A stretch of 64,000 bases of DNA, from positions 608,001 to 672,000 of the forward strand of contig CAXXHO010000003.1 of assembly GCA_963667725.2 (NCBI GenBank), read 5' to 3'. This DNA is from Treponemataceae bacterium (GTDB lineage: Bacteria; Spirochaetota; Spirochaetia; Treponematales; Rectinemataceae). The position numbers were made by a program, and so were the translations under genes. Below are positions 28,331-38,241 of the stretch, one piece after another. Numbering within the stretch: position 1 is the stretch's first letter; each line of letters starts with the position of its first letter. The notes under the pieces are model-generated. The model was not told the DNA's origin and made no database searches. It was given only the letters and a program-made list of their open reading frames with translations.

Positions 28331-30096
28331 AAAAGCCCAGAAACATACACCTAGCCTGGATATGGCATATCTGGAAGGAAAAGAAAGGGCTCATAGCCCT
28401 CCTTCTCTTCCTCACCCTGCTTTCGAGCCTCGTGGCCGTGGCCTTTCCCCTGCTCACGAAAGAGCTTTTCGATATGCTCGAGGGAATACTCTCCGGCAAA
28501 GGCGATTATCCCGACCCGCTGGCGGCGCTCAGGAAGGCGGCTCTCTTCTTTACCGCTCTCGGCGTGGCGGGCTTCATCTCGGGATTCTTCCCGGGCATAC
28601 GAGGAGCGCTCAACGTTGTTTTCGACTACATCATCCGCAAAAAGTATTTCGCCGAGCTGACGGAAAAGGATTATCGGTTCTTCGCCGAATTCTCGTCGGG
28701 AGACCTCGTAACGCGACTCACCTCGGATATCAATGATTTTCCCAAGCTCTCCTGGTTCCTCTGCTCGGGAATATTCAGGGCGGTCGAGTCGGCGAGCAAG
28801 GTAGTATTCTGCGCCATCGCGATGGTCGCTCTCGACTGGCGCCTCGCGCTCTTTTCCATCGCGTCCCTGCCTTTCATGCTCTATATCTTCTCGCGCACGC
28901 AGGACAGGATATACGACAAGGTGAAGAAGAACGAAGAGTCCATATCGCGCATAAACGAACAGCTCGAGCTGAGCTTCTCGGGCGCGAGAATCATCAAGGC
29001 CTTCGCCAGCGAGGCGAAGTACGAACGATTCTTCTCGGAAGCCCTCGAGCGGCGCTACAAGACAGAGATGGACGTAATAAAGCTCGATACGATTCTCAAC
29101 CTCATCTATCAGAATATCGATTATGTGGCCCAGATAGCCCTCATCTTCGCGGGCGGCCTCATGGTGGTGAAGGGAGAGATAACCATAGGGACGTTCTACG
29201 CCTTCTACAATTACCTGAACCTCCTCATCTATCCGATCCTCGACATCCCCCAGCTCTTCATCTTCGGCAAGCGGGCTTTCGTCAACATAGACCGGCTGGA
29301 GGAAATAGGCAGATTCCCGCGCGCACCGGAGACGGTGTCGCCCATCGCCATTTCTCGCTTCGAGAAACTTGAAGTCGAGCTGGCTTCCTTCGGGTACAAA
29401 GGAAGGGAGAAGCGCGCGGTTTTAGAGGTTTCCTTCGAGCTCGCGCGCGGCGAACGCCTCCTCGTCATAGGCCCGGTGGGCTGCGGCAAGACCAGCCTCG
29501 TGAAGATGATAGCCGGCCTCCTGCCCGCGCAGGAAGGCGGCATAGCGGTTAACGGGATTCCCCTTTCCGGACTCTCAAAGAGCGATTGGGCGGCGCTCGT
29601 CGGCTATGTCCCCCAGGAAGCCTTGCTTTTTTCGGGAACCATCGAGGAGAACGTGGCCTTCGGCGTCAGGCAGACTCCGCCTATACTCTCCTCCGAACGA
29701 TTCTGGGAGCTTGCGGAAACGGCCCAGATAGACGAAGAGATCCGTTCCTTCCCTCTCAGGGAAGAAACGCCGCTGGGCCAGCGCGGCGTGAGCGTCTCGG
29801 GAGGGCAGAAGCAGCGCATCGCGATAGCGAGGGCGCTCGCCCGCGAGCCCGAACTCCTTCTTCTGGACGATATGACGGCGAGTCTCGACACGAAAAACGA
29901 GGAGAGGCTCTGGAAGGCACTCGACAGGAGGGGCACGACGATCATCGCCGTTTCCCACCGGCTTTCGAGCATACAGTACGCGGACAAGGTGCTCTTCCTC
30001 AAGGAAGGTTCAGTGGCCGGATTCGGCAGCCACGAAGAGCTGATGGAGACGAACGGCGAATACAGGGCCTTCGTCGCCTCACATATTAGCGGATAG
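28327..30096 (+). CDS. ABC exporter, fused permease/ATPase (heterodimer subunit 2)
   Basis: GPVGCGKT, VSGGQKQR and degenerate Walker B LLDD, typical of heterodimeric multidrug exporters. Confidence 0.93.
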   Translation: MKKPRNIHLAWIWHIWKEKKGLIALLLFLTLLSSLVAVAFPLLTKELFDMLEGILSGKGDYPDPLAALRKAALFFTALGVAGFISGFFPGIRGALNVVFDYIIRKKYFAELTEKDYRFFAEFSSGDLVTRLTSDINDFPKLSWFLCSGIFRAVESASKVVFCAIAMVALDWRLALFSIASLPFMLYIFSRTQDRIYDKVKKNEESISRINEQLELSFSGARIIKAFASEAKYERFFSEALERRYKTEMDVIKLDTILNLIYQNIDYVAQIALIFAGGLMVVKGEITIGTFYAFYNYLNLLIYPILDIPQLFIFGKRAFVNIDRLEEIGRFPRAPETVSPIAISRFEKLEVELASFGYKGREKRAVLEVSFELARGERLLVIGPVGCGKTSLVKMIAGLLPAQEGGIAVNGIPLSGLSKSDWAALVGYVPQEALLFSGTIEENVAFGVRQTPPILSSERFWELAETAQIDEEIRSFPLREETPLGQRGVSVSGGQKQRIAIARALAREPELLLLDDMTASLDTKNEERLWKALDRRGTTIIAVSHRLSSIQYADKVLFLKEGSVAGFGSHEELMETNGEYRAFVASHISG

Positions 30097-30137
30097 TTCC
30101 ATTGACGTCAGGAAACGCGTGGAGTAGGCTGGAACGC

Positions 30138-31211
30138 ATGAAAACAAATAACTTTAAAAAGGCCGCCAGAGCGGCCATCGCGGCGTTTCTATTCTTTGTC
30201 GTGACGGCATCGCCTTTCGCCCAGCAGCGTCTCGTTCTCGGGGGAAAAGCGGTGATCATGGTTGCCGATGCCGTATATCTTTTCCCCGACGCCGGCAGGC
30301 GCGTCATCGCCGTGGCCGGAGCCGACCAGGGGCTCGGCGCCTTCCTTTCCGCCATCGACACCGATTTTTCTAAAAAACCGGTCATCGACAAGACCGCGGG
30401 CGTGGAGGTGTACGCCTCGCTAAAGCCCGACACGGTGATACTCAAAACCGCCATGAAGAAGAGCCTTGGGCCTTCGCTCGACGCGCTGGGTATCAAGCAG
30501 ATTTACCTGAACCTGGAAACGCCCGAGGACTACGAGGCCGATATCGCGAGGCTGGGCGATTTCCTGGGCCAGAAGGCGAGGGCCGACGAGATCGTTTCCT
30601 TCTATAAGAATGCGCTGGCCGAGGTTTCGAAGCGCGTGGCCGCGGCTCCGGGAGCCTCTGCAGCTCCGGGCGCCCCCGCGGCTCAGGGGGCCGGCAAGGC
30701 CGCGAAACCGAGGGTTCTTCTCGTCCAGGCGGCCAACCCGACCGAGGGCGTGTGGGAAGTGCCTCCCGCTTCGTGGATGCAGACAAGGCTCGTGGAGCTT
30801 GCCGGGGGCATCCCTGTCTGGATAGGCGCCAATCCCGGCTCGGGCTGGGGTAAGGTGAATCCCGAACAGATAGCGGCCTGGAATCCAGACGTTGTGTTCG
30901 TCGTCAACTACAGGGCGAACGCGGCTGGTTCGGCCAAGATTTTCTCATCCGACGCGAGGCTTTCCCGCATCGCCGCGGTGAAAAACGGTGCCGTCCACGG
31001 TTTCGCCCAGGATTTCTACTCCTGGGACCAGCCCGATACGCGCTGGATCCTCGGCCTCGAATGGATGGCGGGGAAGCTCTATCCAGCCCAGTTCGCCGAC
31101 AGGCCCATCCTCGCCGAAGCGAGGGCGTTTTTCTCGACCATGTACGGCATGGACAACGCTACCTTCGACGCCACGGTGGCGCCGAAACTCGCCGGCGACT
31201 TGGCCAAGTGA
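30138..31211 (+). CDS. ABC importer substrate-binding protein (iron-chelate/corrinoid class)
   Basis: Signal peptide, EQIAAWNPD, AVKNGAV and SWDQP motifs. Confidence 0.85.
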   Translation: MKTNNFKKAARAAIAAFLFFVVTASPFAQQRLVLGGKAVIMVADAVYLFPDAGRRVIAVAGADQGLGAFLSAIDTDFSKKPVIDKTAGVEVYASLKPDTVILKTAMKKSLGPSLDALGIKQIYLNLETPEDYEADIARLGDFLGQKARADEIVSFYKNALAEVSKRVAAAPGASAAPGAPAAQGAGKAAKPRVLLVQAANPTEGVWEVPPASWMQTRLVELAGGIPVWIGANPGSGWGKVNPEQIAAWNPDVVFVVNYRANAAGSAKIFSSDARLSRIAAVKNGAVHGFAQDFYSWDQPDTRWILGLEWMAGKLYPAQFADRPILAEARAFFSTMYGMDNATFDATVAPKLAGDLAK

Positions 31212-31231
31212 AACCGGGAAATCTTTAACCG

Positions 31232-32254
31232 ATGAAAAGCCTCCGGTCGGTCCGCTTCGCCTTCGCCGCCGTTTTCGCGGCGGCCCTTTTGCTCTACCTG
31301 TTCGCGGGGCGGTATCCCGGGCCGGGATTCATGAAACCGAGTCTGCTTTTCTCCGACGAGACGGCGAGGCGTATTTTCCTCTCCATCAGGCTGCCGCGCG
31401 CCCTGGGAGCCATTCTGCTAGGGGCCGTCCTGGGCGGGTCGGGGGCGGCTTTCCAGACGATCTTCGGCAATCCTCTCGTGGACGCTGGCTTTCTCGGCGT
31501 CTCCCAGGGCGCGGCTTTCGGGGCGGCCATGGCTCTCGTGGCCGGATCCTGGCAGCCACTCAAGACCCTTCTCTCCGGGTTCGCACTCAACGCCTTCGTT
31601 TCGCTCTCTTCTTTCGCCATGGCGCTCACTGCGCTCGGAGCGAGCCTTGCCCTCTCGAAACGCTTCAGATTCGGCGGACAGGTGCTGCGCCTTATACTGG
31701 CGGGCCTGGCCGTCTCCGCCTTCTTCTCTTCCCTCCTCGCGGCCGTGAAGTATGTCGCCGACCCTCTGTCCCAGCTGCCCGACATCGTTTTCTGGACGAT
31801 GGGCTCGCTTACCGCCATGGGCTGGCAGCGGTTCTGGACGATAGCGCCCGTCTCCATATTCTCTCTCGGGTTTCTTTACCTCATGCGCTGGCGGACGACG
31901 CTTCTGTCCCTCGACGACGAAGTGAGCCGCTCGATGGGTCTGAGGCCGGAGATCGAGCGGGCGGCCATCGCCATGGTCGCCGCCACGGGCGTCGCCGCGG
32001 TGACGGCCGCCTGCGGCATCGTCTCGTGGATCGGGCTCGTCGTGCCGCACGTGGCGAGGCTTTACGCCGGCGCCGACGGGCGAAACTCCATTCCCCTGTC
32101 GATGGCGGGAGGAGCGATATTCGCCCTCCTGGCCGACGGTCTCGCGCGGACGCTTTTCCCCGGCGAACTGCCCCTGGGCATCGTGACCGCCCTGCTTGGC
32201 GCCCTCGCATTCTCCGCCTTGCTGGCTTCCCGCTCGACGGAGTTGACCAAATGA
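31232..32254 (+). CDS. FecCD/BtuC-type permease
   Basis: IRLPR, FGNPLVDAGFLGVSQGA, WIGLVVPHVAR and ELPLGIVTALLG motifs. Confidence 0.92.
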   Translation: MKSLRSVRFAFAAVFAAALLLYLFAGRYPGPGFMKPSLLFSDETARRIFLSIRLPRALGAILLGAVLGGSGAAFQTIFGNPLVDAGFLGVSQGAAFGAAMALVAGSWQPLKTLLSGFALNAFVSLSSFAMALTALGASLALSKRFRFGGQVLRLILAGLAVSAFFSSLLAAVKYVADPLSQLPDIVFWTMGSLTAMGWQRFWTIAPVSIFSLGFLYLMRWRTTLLSLDDEVSRSMGLRPEIERAAIAMVAATGVAAVTAACGIVSWIGLVVPHVARLYAGADGRNSIPLSMAGGAIFALLADGLARTLFPGELPLGIVTALLGALAFSALLASRSTELTK

Positions 32255-33036
32255 AGCTACTCGAAGCCAGGAACCTCTCATTCGCCTGGGCGGCAAGAGG
32301 CTCAATGACAAGAGAACCGATCCTCGACGATATATCGTTCAGGATAGGCGAGGGGAAGAAGCTGGCGATTCTCGGCGCCAACGGCGCCGGCAAGACGACA
32401 CTCCTGTCGCTCCTGGGCGGGAGACTCGCCCCCAAGACCGGCGAGGTGCTTCTCGACGGCGGCTCCGTGCGCGGGTTTTCCCCGCGCGCCTTGGCCAGGA
32501 AAGTCGCTTTCCTTCCCCAGATAGAGCGGCTTTCCTTTAACTATAAGGTGCTGGAGTTCGTCCTCATGGGCAGGGCTCCCCATATCGAGGCGCTGGCCCA
32601 GCCCGACGCGGGCGACGAAGCGGCGGCCTTGGGCGCCCTCGCGGAACTGGGGCTAGAATCCCTCGCCGGACGCAGGGCGGGCGAACTATCGGGCGGCGAA
32701 TACCAGCTCGTCAGGATAGCGCGCTGCCTGGCCCAGGAAGCGGAAATCCTCCTCCTGGACGAACCGACATCCCTTCTCGATCCCGCTAATGCCCAGCGCG
32801 TCGCGCGCGAGCTCGCCTCCCTGGCATCCAAGGGCAAGACCATAATCTTCACCACCCACGACATGGCGCTCGCACGCTCCCTCGCCGACACCATTCTCAT
32901 GATCGGGCAGCGCCGGCTCCTGCGCATGGGCCCTCCCTCCGAAGTGCTTACCCCGGAATTCCTCGAGGAGGCCTTCGGCGTAGAGTTCGGCATAGGACAG
33001 GTGCCCACGGCATATCCGTCGGCTGCGTCGCGCTAG
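32251..33036 (+). CDS. ABC importer ATP-binding protein (FecE/BtuD-type)
   Basis: GANGAGKTT, LSGGE and LLDEPT motifs; ATGA overlap at 32251. Confidence 0.92.
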   Translation: MKLLEARNLSFAWAARGSMTREPILDDISFRIGEGKKLAILGANGAGKTTLLSLLGGRLAPKTGEVLLDGGSVRGFSPRALARKVAFLPQIERLSFNYKVLEFVLMGRAPHIEALAQPDAGDEAAALGALAELGLESLAGRRAGELSGGEYQLVRIARCLAQEAEILLLDEPTSLLDPANAQRVARELASLASKGKTIIFTTHDMALARSLADTILMIGQRRLLRMGPPSEVLTPEFLEEAFGVEFGIGQVPTAYPSAASR

Positions 33037-33077
33037 AACCCGTCTTTAAAAAATCATCATTTTCCGTTTTTTTCATC

Positions 33078-33140
33078 TTGACAATTTCAGAAAACAACAT
33101 ACAATACAACTTAATACATCATAAGATGTATTATAATGAC
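33078..33140 (+). promoter_or_regulatory. frl promoter and palindromic operator candidate
   Basis: TTGACA at 33078 and TACAAT at 33100; inverted repeat TAATACATC-ATAA-GATGTATTA at 33112-33133. Confidence 0.6.
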
Positions 33141-33158
33141 ATATGAGAGGAATTCCCG

Positions 33159-34133
33159 ATGACCATTGACCATGGAGCATTGCTAATCCAGGCTATTGAG
33201 GCTGTAAAGCGGAGAAATCCCAAAAATATTTACTTTGTCGCCTGCGGGGGCTCTCTCGCCTATATGTACAATCAGCAGTACCTGATCGACAGGGAAACGA
33301 CGATCCCTTCCTTCGTCCTATCCTCCAACGAATTCATCCATCGCGATCCCAAGGGGCTGGGGAAGGATTCCCTCGTCATAACCTGCAGTCACTCGGGCAA
33401 CACGCCCGAAACCGTCGAGGCAACGGCTTTCGCTCGCGGGAAAGGCGCCCTCACCGTCGCCTATTCCTTTAAGGTGGATTCTCCCCTCTGGCTGGCGGCC
33501 GAATACAACCTCCATTATGACTGGGGTCCCGACGCCGACGCCTATGACCACCGCGCGGGCATGGCGCTCCGCTTCATGTTCGGCATCCTCGACGCGATCC
33601 AGCCCAAGCCGCTTTACAAGACAGCCCTCGAGAACATCAAAGGCCTCCAGGACATCTTCGCCCGCAACAAGGCCAAGTTCGCCGCCGCAGCCGATGTATT
33701 CGGCTCGAGCCACAAGCGCGAGCCCATCATCTATACCATGGCCTCCGGCCCCGTCTACGGCGAGGCTTATTCCTTCGCCATCTGCCTTCTTCAGGAGATG
33801 CAGTGGGTCCACTCCGCCGCCATCCACTCGGGCGAATACTTCCATGGACCCTTCGAGATCACCGATTACGACGTGCCCTTCCTTCTCATGAAGACGGCAG
33901 GGGAGACGAGGCCGCTGGACGAGCGGGCGCTCGCCTTCGCGACGAAATTCTCGAAGAAGGTGACGGTGGTGGACGCCGAGGGGTTCGACTGGACCGGCAT
34001 CGACGCGAGCCTAAAGAGTTACCTTTCGGCGCCCATTTTCGGCGCCGTGCTCCGCGTCTACGCCGAGCGTCTGGCCGAACACCGCGGGCATCCTCTATCG
34101 GTGCGCCGCTATATGTGGAAAATGGAATACTGA
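33159..34133 (+). CDS. frlB: Fructosamine-6-phosphate deglycase (SIS domain)
   Basis: FVACGGS, SHSGNTPET, EMQW, HSGEYFHGPFE and HPLSVRRYM motifs. Confidence 0.92.
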   Translation: MTIDHGALLIQAIEAVKRRNPKNIYFVACGGSLAYMYNQQYLIDRETTIPSFVLSSNEFIHRDPKGLGKDSLVITCSHSGNTPETVEATAFARGKGALTVAYSFKVDSPLWLAAEYNLHYDWGPDADAYDHRAGMALRFMFGILDAIQPKPLYKTALENIKGLQDIFARNKAKFAAAADVFGSSHKREPIIYTMASGPVYGEAYSFAICLLQEMQWVHSAAIHSGEYFHGPFEITDYDVPFLLMKTAGETRPLDERALAFATKFSKKVTVVDAEGFDWTGIDASLKSYLSAPIFGAVLRVYAERLAEHRGHPLSVRRYMWKMEY

Positions 34134-34259
34134 TCGTCACGATGGCCTGAATGGCGTCGCGGTGGCCCGAACGCGGGCTTCCGCTCACGTTCGGGCATTT
34201 ACGGTAGGTAGCTACGCCTCGCGCCTGGCGCGGGGCAGCACGATACATAGGAGGCTTTC

Positions 34260-35531
34260 ATGTTCAAGAAACTATTAGCCGTATCCGTCCTGCTCGCCAT
34301 GACGGTGTCCTTCGCCGCGGCGCAGAGCGGCAAGGTGACGATCCGCTTCTTCCACCGCTGGCCGATGGAACCGCGATACAGCTACTTCAATCAGGTAGTG
34401 GCCGAATTCGAGAAGCAGAATCCCAACATCAAGATCGAAATGGACAGCGTCGTCAACGACGCCTACAAAGAGAAAATCCGCGTCCTCATCTCCTCGAACG
34501 ACGTCCCCGACGTCTTCCTGTCCTGGTCCGACAGCTTCGCGGCCAATCTCGTGAAGTCCGGCAAGGTTAAATCCCTCAACGACATGCTCGCCAAAGACAA
34601 GGCTTTCGCGAGTTCTTTCATACAGTCCCAGATCAAGCCCTTCAGCTTCGACGGCGTCACTTATGGCATGCCGCTGACCATCGACGGCAAGGTCTTCGTC
34701 TACAACAAGGAAATGTTCGCGAAGGCCGGAATCACGAAGGACCCCAAAACATGGGACGAGCTGCTCAAGGCCCTCGACACCCTGAAAGCCAAGGGATACG
34801 CCGTTCCCCTTCTCGAAGGTCTCTCCGACGCCTGGGCCATCTCTCACTACCAGGGCACGATGTTCCAGCGCTATCTCCCGGCCGAAGTCCTCGCCAAGGA
34901 CTATGCCGAAGCCACCGGCGAGTTCACCAATCCAGGCTACAAGGTCGTCCTCGAGCGCTTCCAGAAGCTCGTGAGCTACATGGGGCCGAACGCTACCTCC
35001 TTGAGCCACACCGAGGTGCGCAATCAGTTCATCGCCGGAAAGCTTCCGCTGATCTACCTCCAGCTGGCGGAGTTCTCCTACATCAACAACGCCAAGTCCA
35101 AGCCCGATTTCGGCTACTTCAACTTCCCTGCTTTCGCCGACGGAAAGGGCGACCCCGGGCTTCTCACCGGAGCTCCCGAGGGCTTCATGATGTCCAACAC
35201 CAGCAAGAATCCCGAAGCCGCCGAGAAATTCTACAAGTTCCTCCTTTCCAAGGAGAACATGATCAAGTTTGTGAAGGACGTGGGCGCTCCTGTGGCCGTC
35301 ATCGGCGCCGTCAATAAGGATAACTCCTACCCGGCTCTCATGGGCGCGATCGACCTCATCCTCAGCGTGAAGGGATCCATGCCCTGGTTCGACAACGCGG
35401 TCAACATCAAGGTCGCCGACGCCTTTATGCGCGGTTCACAGGCCATCGCGACGGGCGATAAGACCATCGACCAGGTAATGGCCGACGCTCAGGCCGCCGC
35501 CAAGGTTGTGAGAAGCGAAGCGAAAAAGTAA
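34260..35531 (+). CDS. Sugar (fructosamine) ABC substrate-binding protein, FrlO-like
   Basis: Signal peptide, CUT1 SBP features (FEKQNPNIKI, PKTWDEL), and operon context. Confidence 0.87.
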   Translation: MFKKLLAVSVLLAMTVSFAAAQSGKVTIRFFHRWPMEPRYSYFNQVVAEFEKQNPNIKIEMDSVVNDAYKEKIRVLISSNDVPDVFLSWSDSFAANLVKSGKVKSLNDMLAKDKAFASSFIQSQIKPFSFDGVTYGMPLTIDGKVFVYNKEMFAKAGITKDPKTWDELLKALDTLKAKGYAVPLLEGLSDAWAISHYQGTMFQRYLPAEVLAKDYAEATGEFTNPGYKVVLERFQKLVSYMGPNATSLSHTEVRNQFIAGKLPLIYLQLAEFSYINNAKSKPDFGYFNFPAFADGKGDPGLLTGAPEGFMMSNTSKNPEAAEKFYKFLLSKENMIKFVKDVGAPVAVIGAVNKDNSYPALMGAIDLILSVKGSMPWFDNAVNIKVADAFMRGSQAIATGDKTIDQVMADAQAAAKVVRSEAKK

Positions 35532-35548
35532 GCGCCGTGCTAGAATCG

Positions 35549-35576
35549 GGGGACGCGGGGCAAGCCCCGCGTCCCC
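35549..35576 (+). other. 12-bp stem-loop after SBP gene (mRNA stabiliser or partial terminator)
   Basis: GGGGACGCGGGG-CAAG-CCCCGCGTCCCC, without a long U-tract. Confidence 0.6.
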
Positions 35577-35605
35577 TTGCTTATAGATAGGGGAGGAGCC
35601 TTTAC

Positions 35606-36496
35606 ATGATCTCGAGAAGACTTCGGTCGACGGTGGAGCCCATCGGCTTCGTCCTGCCTTGCGTCCTCATGCTGGGGATATTTGTCTATTACCCTCTCGT
35701 GCAGAACGTGATTTACAGTTTTTTCAGGTTTTCGGCCTTCTCTCCCGAGAAGATTTTCATAGGCCTGGAGAATTACCGGATGCTGCTCAAGGACGGCGTC
35801 GTCCTCACGGCGCTGAGAAACAATGTGCGCTACGCCATCGTTTCCGTCATCGTCCAGGTGTGCTGGGGCCTCGTGCTCGCGGCCGTCCTCGAAGACAAAG
35901 CCTTGAGACGGGTCTCGCCCTTCTTCCGCACCACCTTCTTCCTCCCCGTGGTCATCTCCATTTCCGTAATCTGCCTGCTCTTCGGCTTCATCTATAGCCC
36001 GATAGACGGCATTCTCAACAACTTCCTCACCCTCGTCGGCCTCGGTTCCTGGGCCAGGCCATGGCTGGGTTCGGGAAAGACGGCGATCTGGGCGACGATA
36101 GCCGTCTCCCAGTGGCAGAGCGTCGGCTATGTCATGATGCTCTTCATCGTCGCGATCCAGAAGATTCCCGAGGAACTCTACGAGGCCGCCGAGATAGACG
36201 GGGCCGGCAAGCTCCGCAGGTTCTTCGTCATTACCCTTCCCCAGGTCAAGGAAATGTTCTTCGTCACCTCGGTCATAACGGTGACGGGATCCTTCCTCGT
36301 CTTCAACGAGCCCTACATCCTCACCAAGGGCGGCGGGCCGGGCACGAGTTCCATGACGCTGGCGGTGCACATGTACCAGTCGGGCTTTTTCAAGGACATG
36401 ATGGGCTACGCGTCCACGATCGCCGTCGTCATCTTCCTGATCTCGGCCGCTCTCTCGGTCGTGCAGCTCAAGGCTTTCAAGAGCGGGGAGGACTGA
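35606..36496 (+). CDS. Sugar ABC permease, FrlN-like
   Basis: EAA motif LYEAAEIDGA and TM segments. Confidence 0.9.
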   Translation: MISRRLRSTVEPIGFVLPCVLMLGIFVYYPLVQNVIYSFFRFSAFSPEKIFIGLENYRMLLKDGVVLTALRNNVRYAIVSVIVQVCWGLVLAAVLEDKALRRVSPFFRTTFFLPVVISISVICLLFGFIYSPIDGILNNFLTLVGLGSWARPWLGSGKTAIWATIAVSQWQSVGYVMMLFIVAIQKIPEELYEAAEIDGAGKLRRFFVITLPQVKEMFFVTSVITVTGSFLVFNEPYILTKGGGPGTSSMTLAVHMYQSGFFKDMMGYASTIAVVIFLISAALSVVQLKAFKSGED

Positions 36497-36499
36497 ACC

Positions 36500-37354
36500 A
36501 TGACCAACGCGAGTCTTTTCCGATATAAAAGGAATTCCATCGGACCGGCGCAGATACTCATCCTCATCGTCCTCTGCGTCGGCTTCGTGATGGTGGCGTA
36601 CCCGCTTTTCTGGGTCGTCATGTCCTCGCTCAAGACCACCGAGGACATCACCCTCAACATCTGGGCGCTTCCGACAGATCCCCAATGGCAGAACTATGCC
36701 AACGCGTGGAACAGAGGAATTTCGGGCTATTTCGTCAACAGCCTCATCGTGACCTTGAGCACCATAGCGGGCGTCCTCGCCCTCTCTTCGCTCTGCGCCT
36801 ATGGCCTCGCCAGGTACAAGGCTCCCTGGCTCAAGTACGTCCTCATCGCCATCATGGGCGGCATGATGCTGAATCCCCAGGTCTGCCTCGTCCCCCTCTA
36901 CGGCCTCCTCACGGCGCTGAAGATCAGGAACACCTATCTCGCCCTCATCATCCCCTATGTGGCTTTCAGGCTTCCCCTCAACACCCTCCTCATACGCACC
37001 TTTTTCCTGAGCGTGCCCAAGGAGATCGAGGAGTCGGCCACGCTGGACGGCTGCACGAGCGTCCAGACCTTCTCGAAGATTTTCCTTCCGATGTCCAGGC
37101 CCATCCTCCTCACGAGCGCTATCCTCACGGCTTACTATGCCTGGAACGAATTCCTCTTCGCCATCATCTTCATCGACTCGAACAAATACAGAACGATACC
37201 CGCGGGTCTCATGAGTTTCAGGGACGCATTGCAGATAGACTGGGGCCCCCTACTCTCCGGCATGGCAATTTCGGCGCTGCCTCTTATGGTGTTCTTCATC
37301 CTGGTGCAGAAATACTTCATCCGCGGCATGATGGCGGGCTCGGTCAAGGGTTGA
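36500..37354 (+). CDS. Sugar ABC permease, FrlM-like
   Basis: IEESATLDG, WNEF and QKYFIRG..AGSVKG motifs. Confidence 0.9.
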   Translation: MTNASLFRYKRNSIGPAQILILIVLCVGFVMVAYPLFWVVMSSLKTTEDITLNIWALPTDPQWQNYANAWNRGISGYFVNSLIVTLSTIAGVLALSSLCAYGLARYKAPWLKYVLIAIMGGMMLNPQVCLVPLYGLLTALKIRNTYLALIIPYVAFRLPLNTLLIRTFFLSVPKEIEESATLDGCTSVQTFSKIFLPMSRPILLTSAILTAYYAWNEFLFAIIFIDSNKYRTIPAGLMSFRDALQIDWGPLLSGMAISALPLMVFFILVQKYFIRGMMAGSVKG

Positions 37355-37416
37355 GCCGAGTATAGGTAGAGCGCTCGGCCGCTCGCCGCGATAGCCGCGA
37401 AAAAGGAAAGAAAGCG

Positions 37417-38241
37417 ATGAAAATGATAGGCGTGGGCGACAATGTCGTCGACTGTTATCTCGACCAGAAAATGTACTATCCGGGCGGAAACGCGGTGAAC
37501 GTGGCCGTCAACTGCCGCAGGAACGGGGCGAATCCCGTGGCCTACATGGGCGTCTTCGGTGACGATCCGGAAGCCGAGCACATCAAGCGCTGTCTGGAAA
37601 AGGAAGGCGTCGAATGGGGGCATTCCCGCAAGGTGTATGCCGCGTCGGGACATCCCGCCGTCAACCTCTCTCCCGATGGGGACAGGGTTTTCGTCGGGGG
37701 ACCGAAGGACACGGCCCAGCATATCCTTCGAATCAGGCTGACGCCTCCCGACCTGGAGTACATCGGCGCCTTCGACCTCTGCCATACTTCCTGCTATTCC
37801 GGCATAGAGCTCGAACTCGCGAGGCTGGCCTCGAAGACCGATGTCTCCTACGATTTTTCCACCAGGAACGAGGAAGACTATCTAGCTGAAGTATGTCCCT
37901 ACGCGCGATTCGCTTTCTTTTCCGGCGCCGCGTTGACAGAAACCAAGCTTGACTCTATCATCGAAAGTTGCCACGCCTTCGGCACCGAAACGGTGGGCAT
38001 CACCCTGGGATCGAAAGGCGCCCTCTTTTCGCGGCGCGGACAGCGTTTTTTCCAGCCAGTGAAAGCCGCCGAGAAGGTGGTGGACACCATGGGAGCGGGC
38101 GACAGTTTCATAGCAGGCTTCCTAACGCGTTTCTACGAAAGCGGCGACATGGCCGCTTCCCTCGATTTCGCGGCCGAGAGGGCCGCCATCACCTGCGGAT
38201 ATTTCGGAGGATTCGGTTATCCCCACGATTTCGAACGCTGA
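37417..38241 (+). CDS. frlD: PfkB-family fructosamine kinase
   Basis: GDNVVD, YPGGNAVNVA and VVDTMGAGDSF motifs; in frl operon. Confidence 0.87.
   Translation: MKMIGVGDNVVDCYLDQKMYYPGGNAVNVAVNCRRNGANPVAYMGVFGDDPEAEHIKRCLEKEGVEWGHSRKVYAASGHPAVNLSPDGDRVFVGGPKDTAQHILRIRLTPPDLEYIGAFDLCHTSCYSGIELELARLASKTDVSYDFSTRNEEDYLAEVCPYARFAFFSGAALTETKLDSIIESCHAFGTETVGITLGSKGALFSRRGQRFFQPVKAAEKVVDTMGAGDSFIAGFLTRFYESGDMAASLDFAAERAAITCGYFGGFGYPHDFER

Noticed and set aside
30097..30137. Cobalamin riboswitch upstream of the FecCD/Btu-type importer
   Set aside because: Only ~40 nt intergenic, fully occupied by a promoter; no B12-box. The substrate remains unassigned.
6519..32250. Apparent N-terminal extensions or fusions in ORF-track calls (kbl from 6519, carB from 22346, ABC ATPase from 30988)
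   Set aside because: Upstream parts overlap other real genes; better starts with RBS or coupling exist at 7050, 22502 and 32251.
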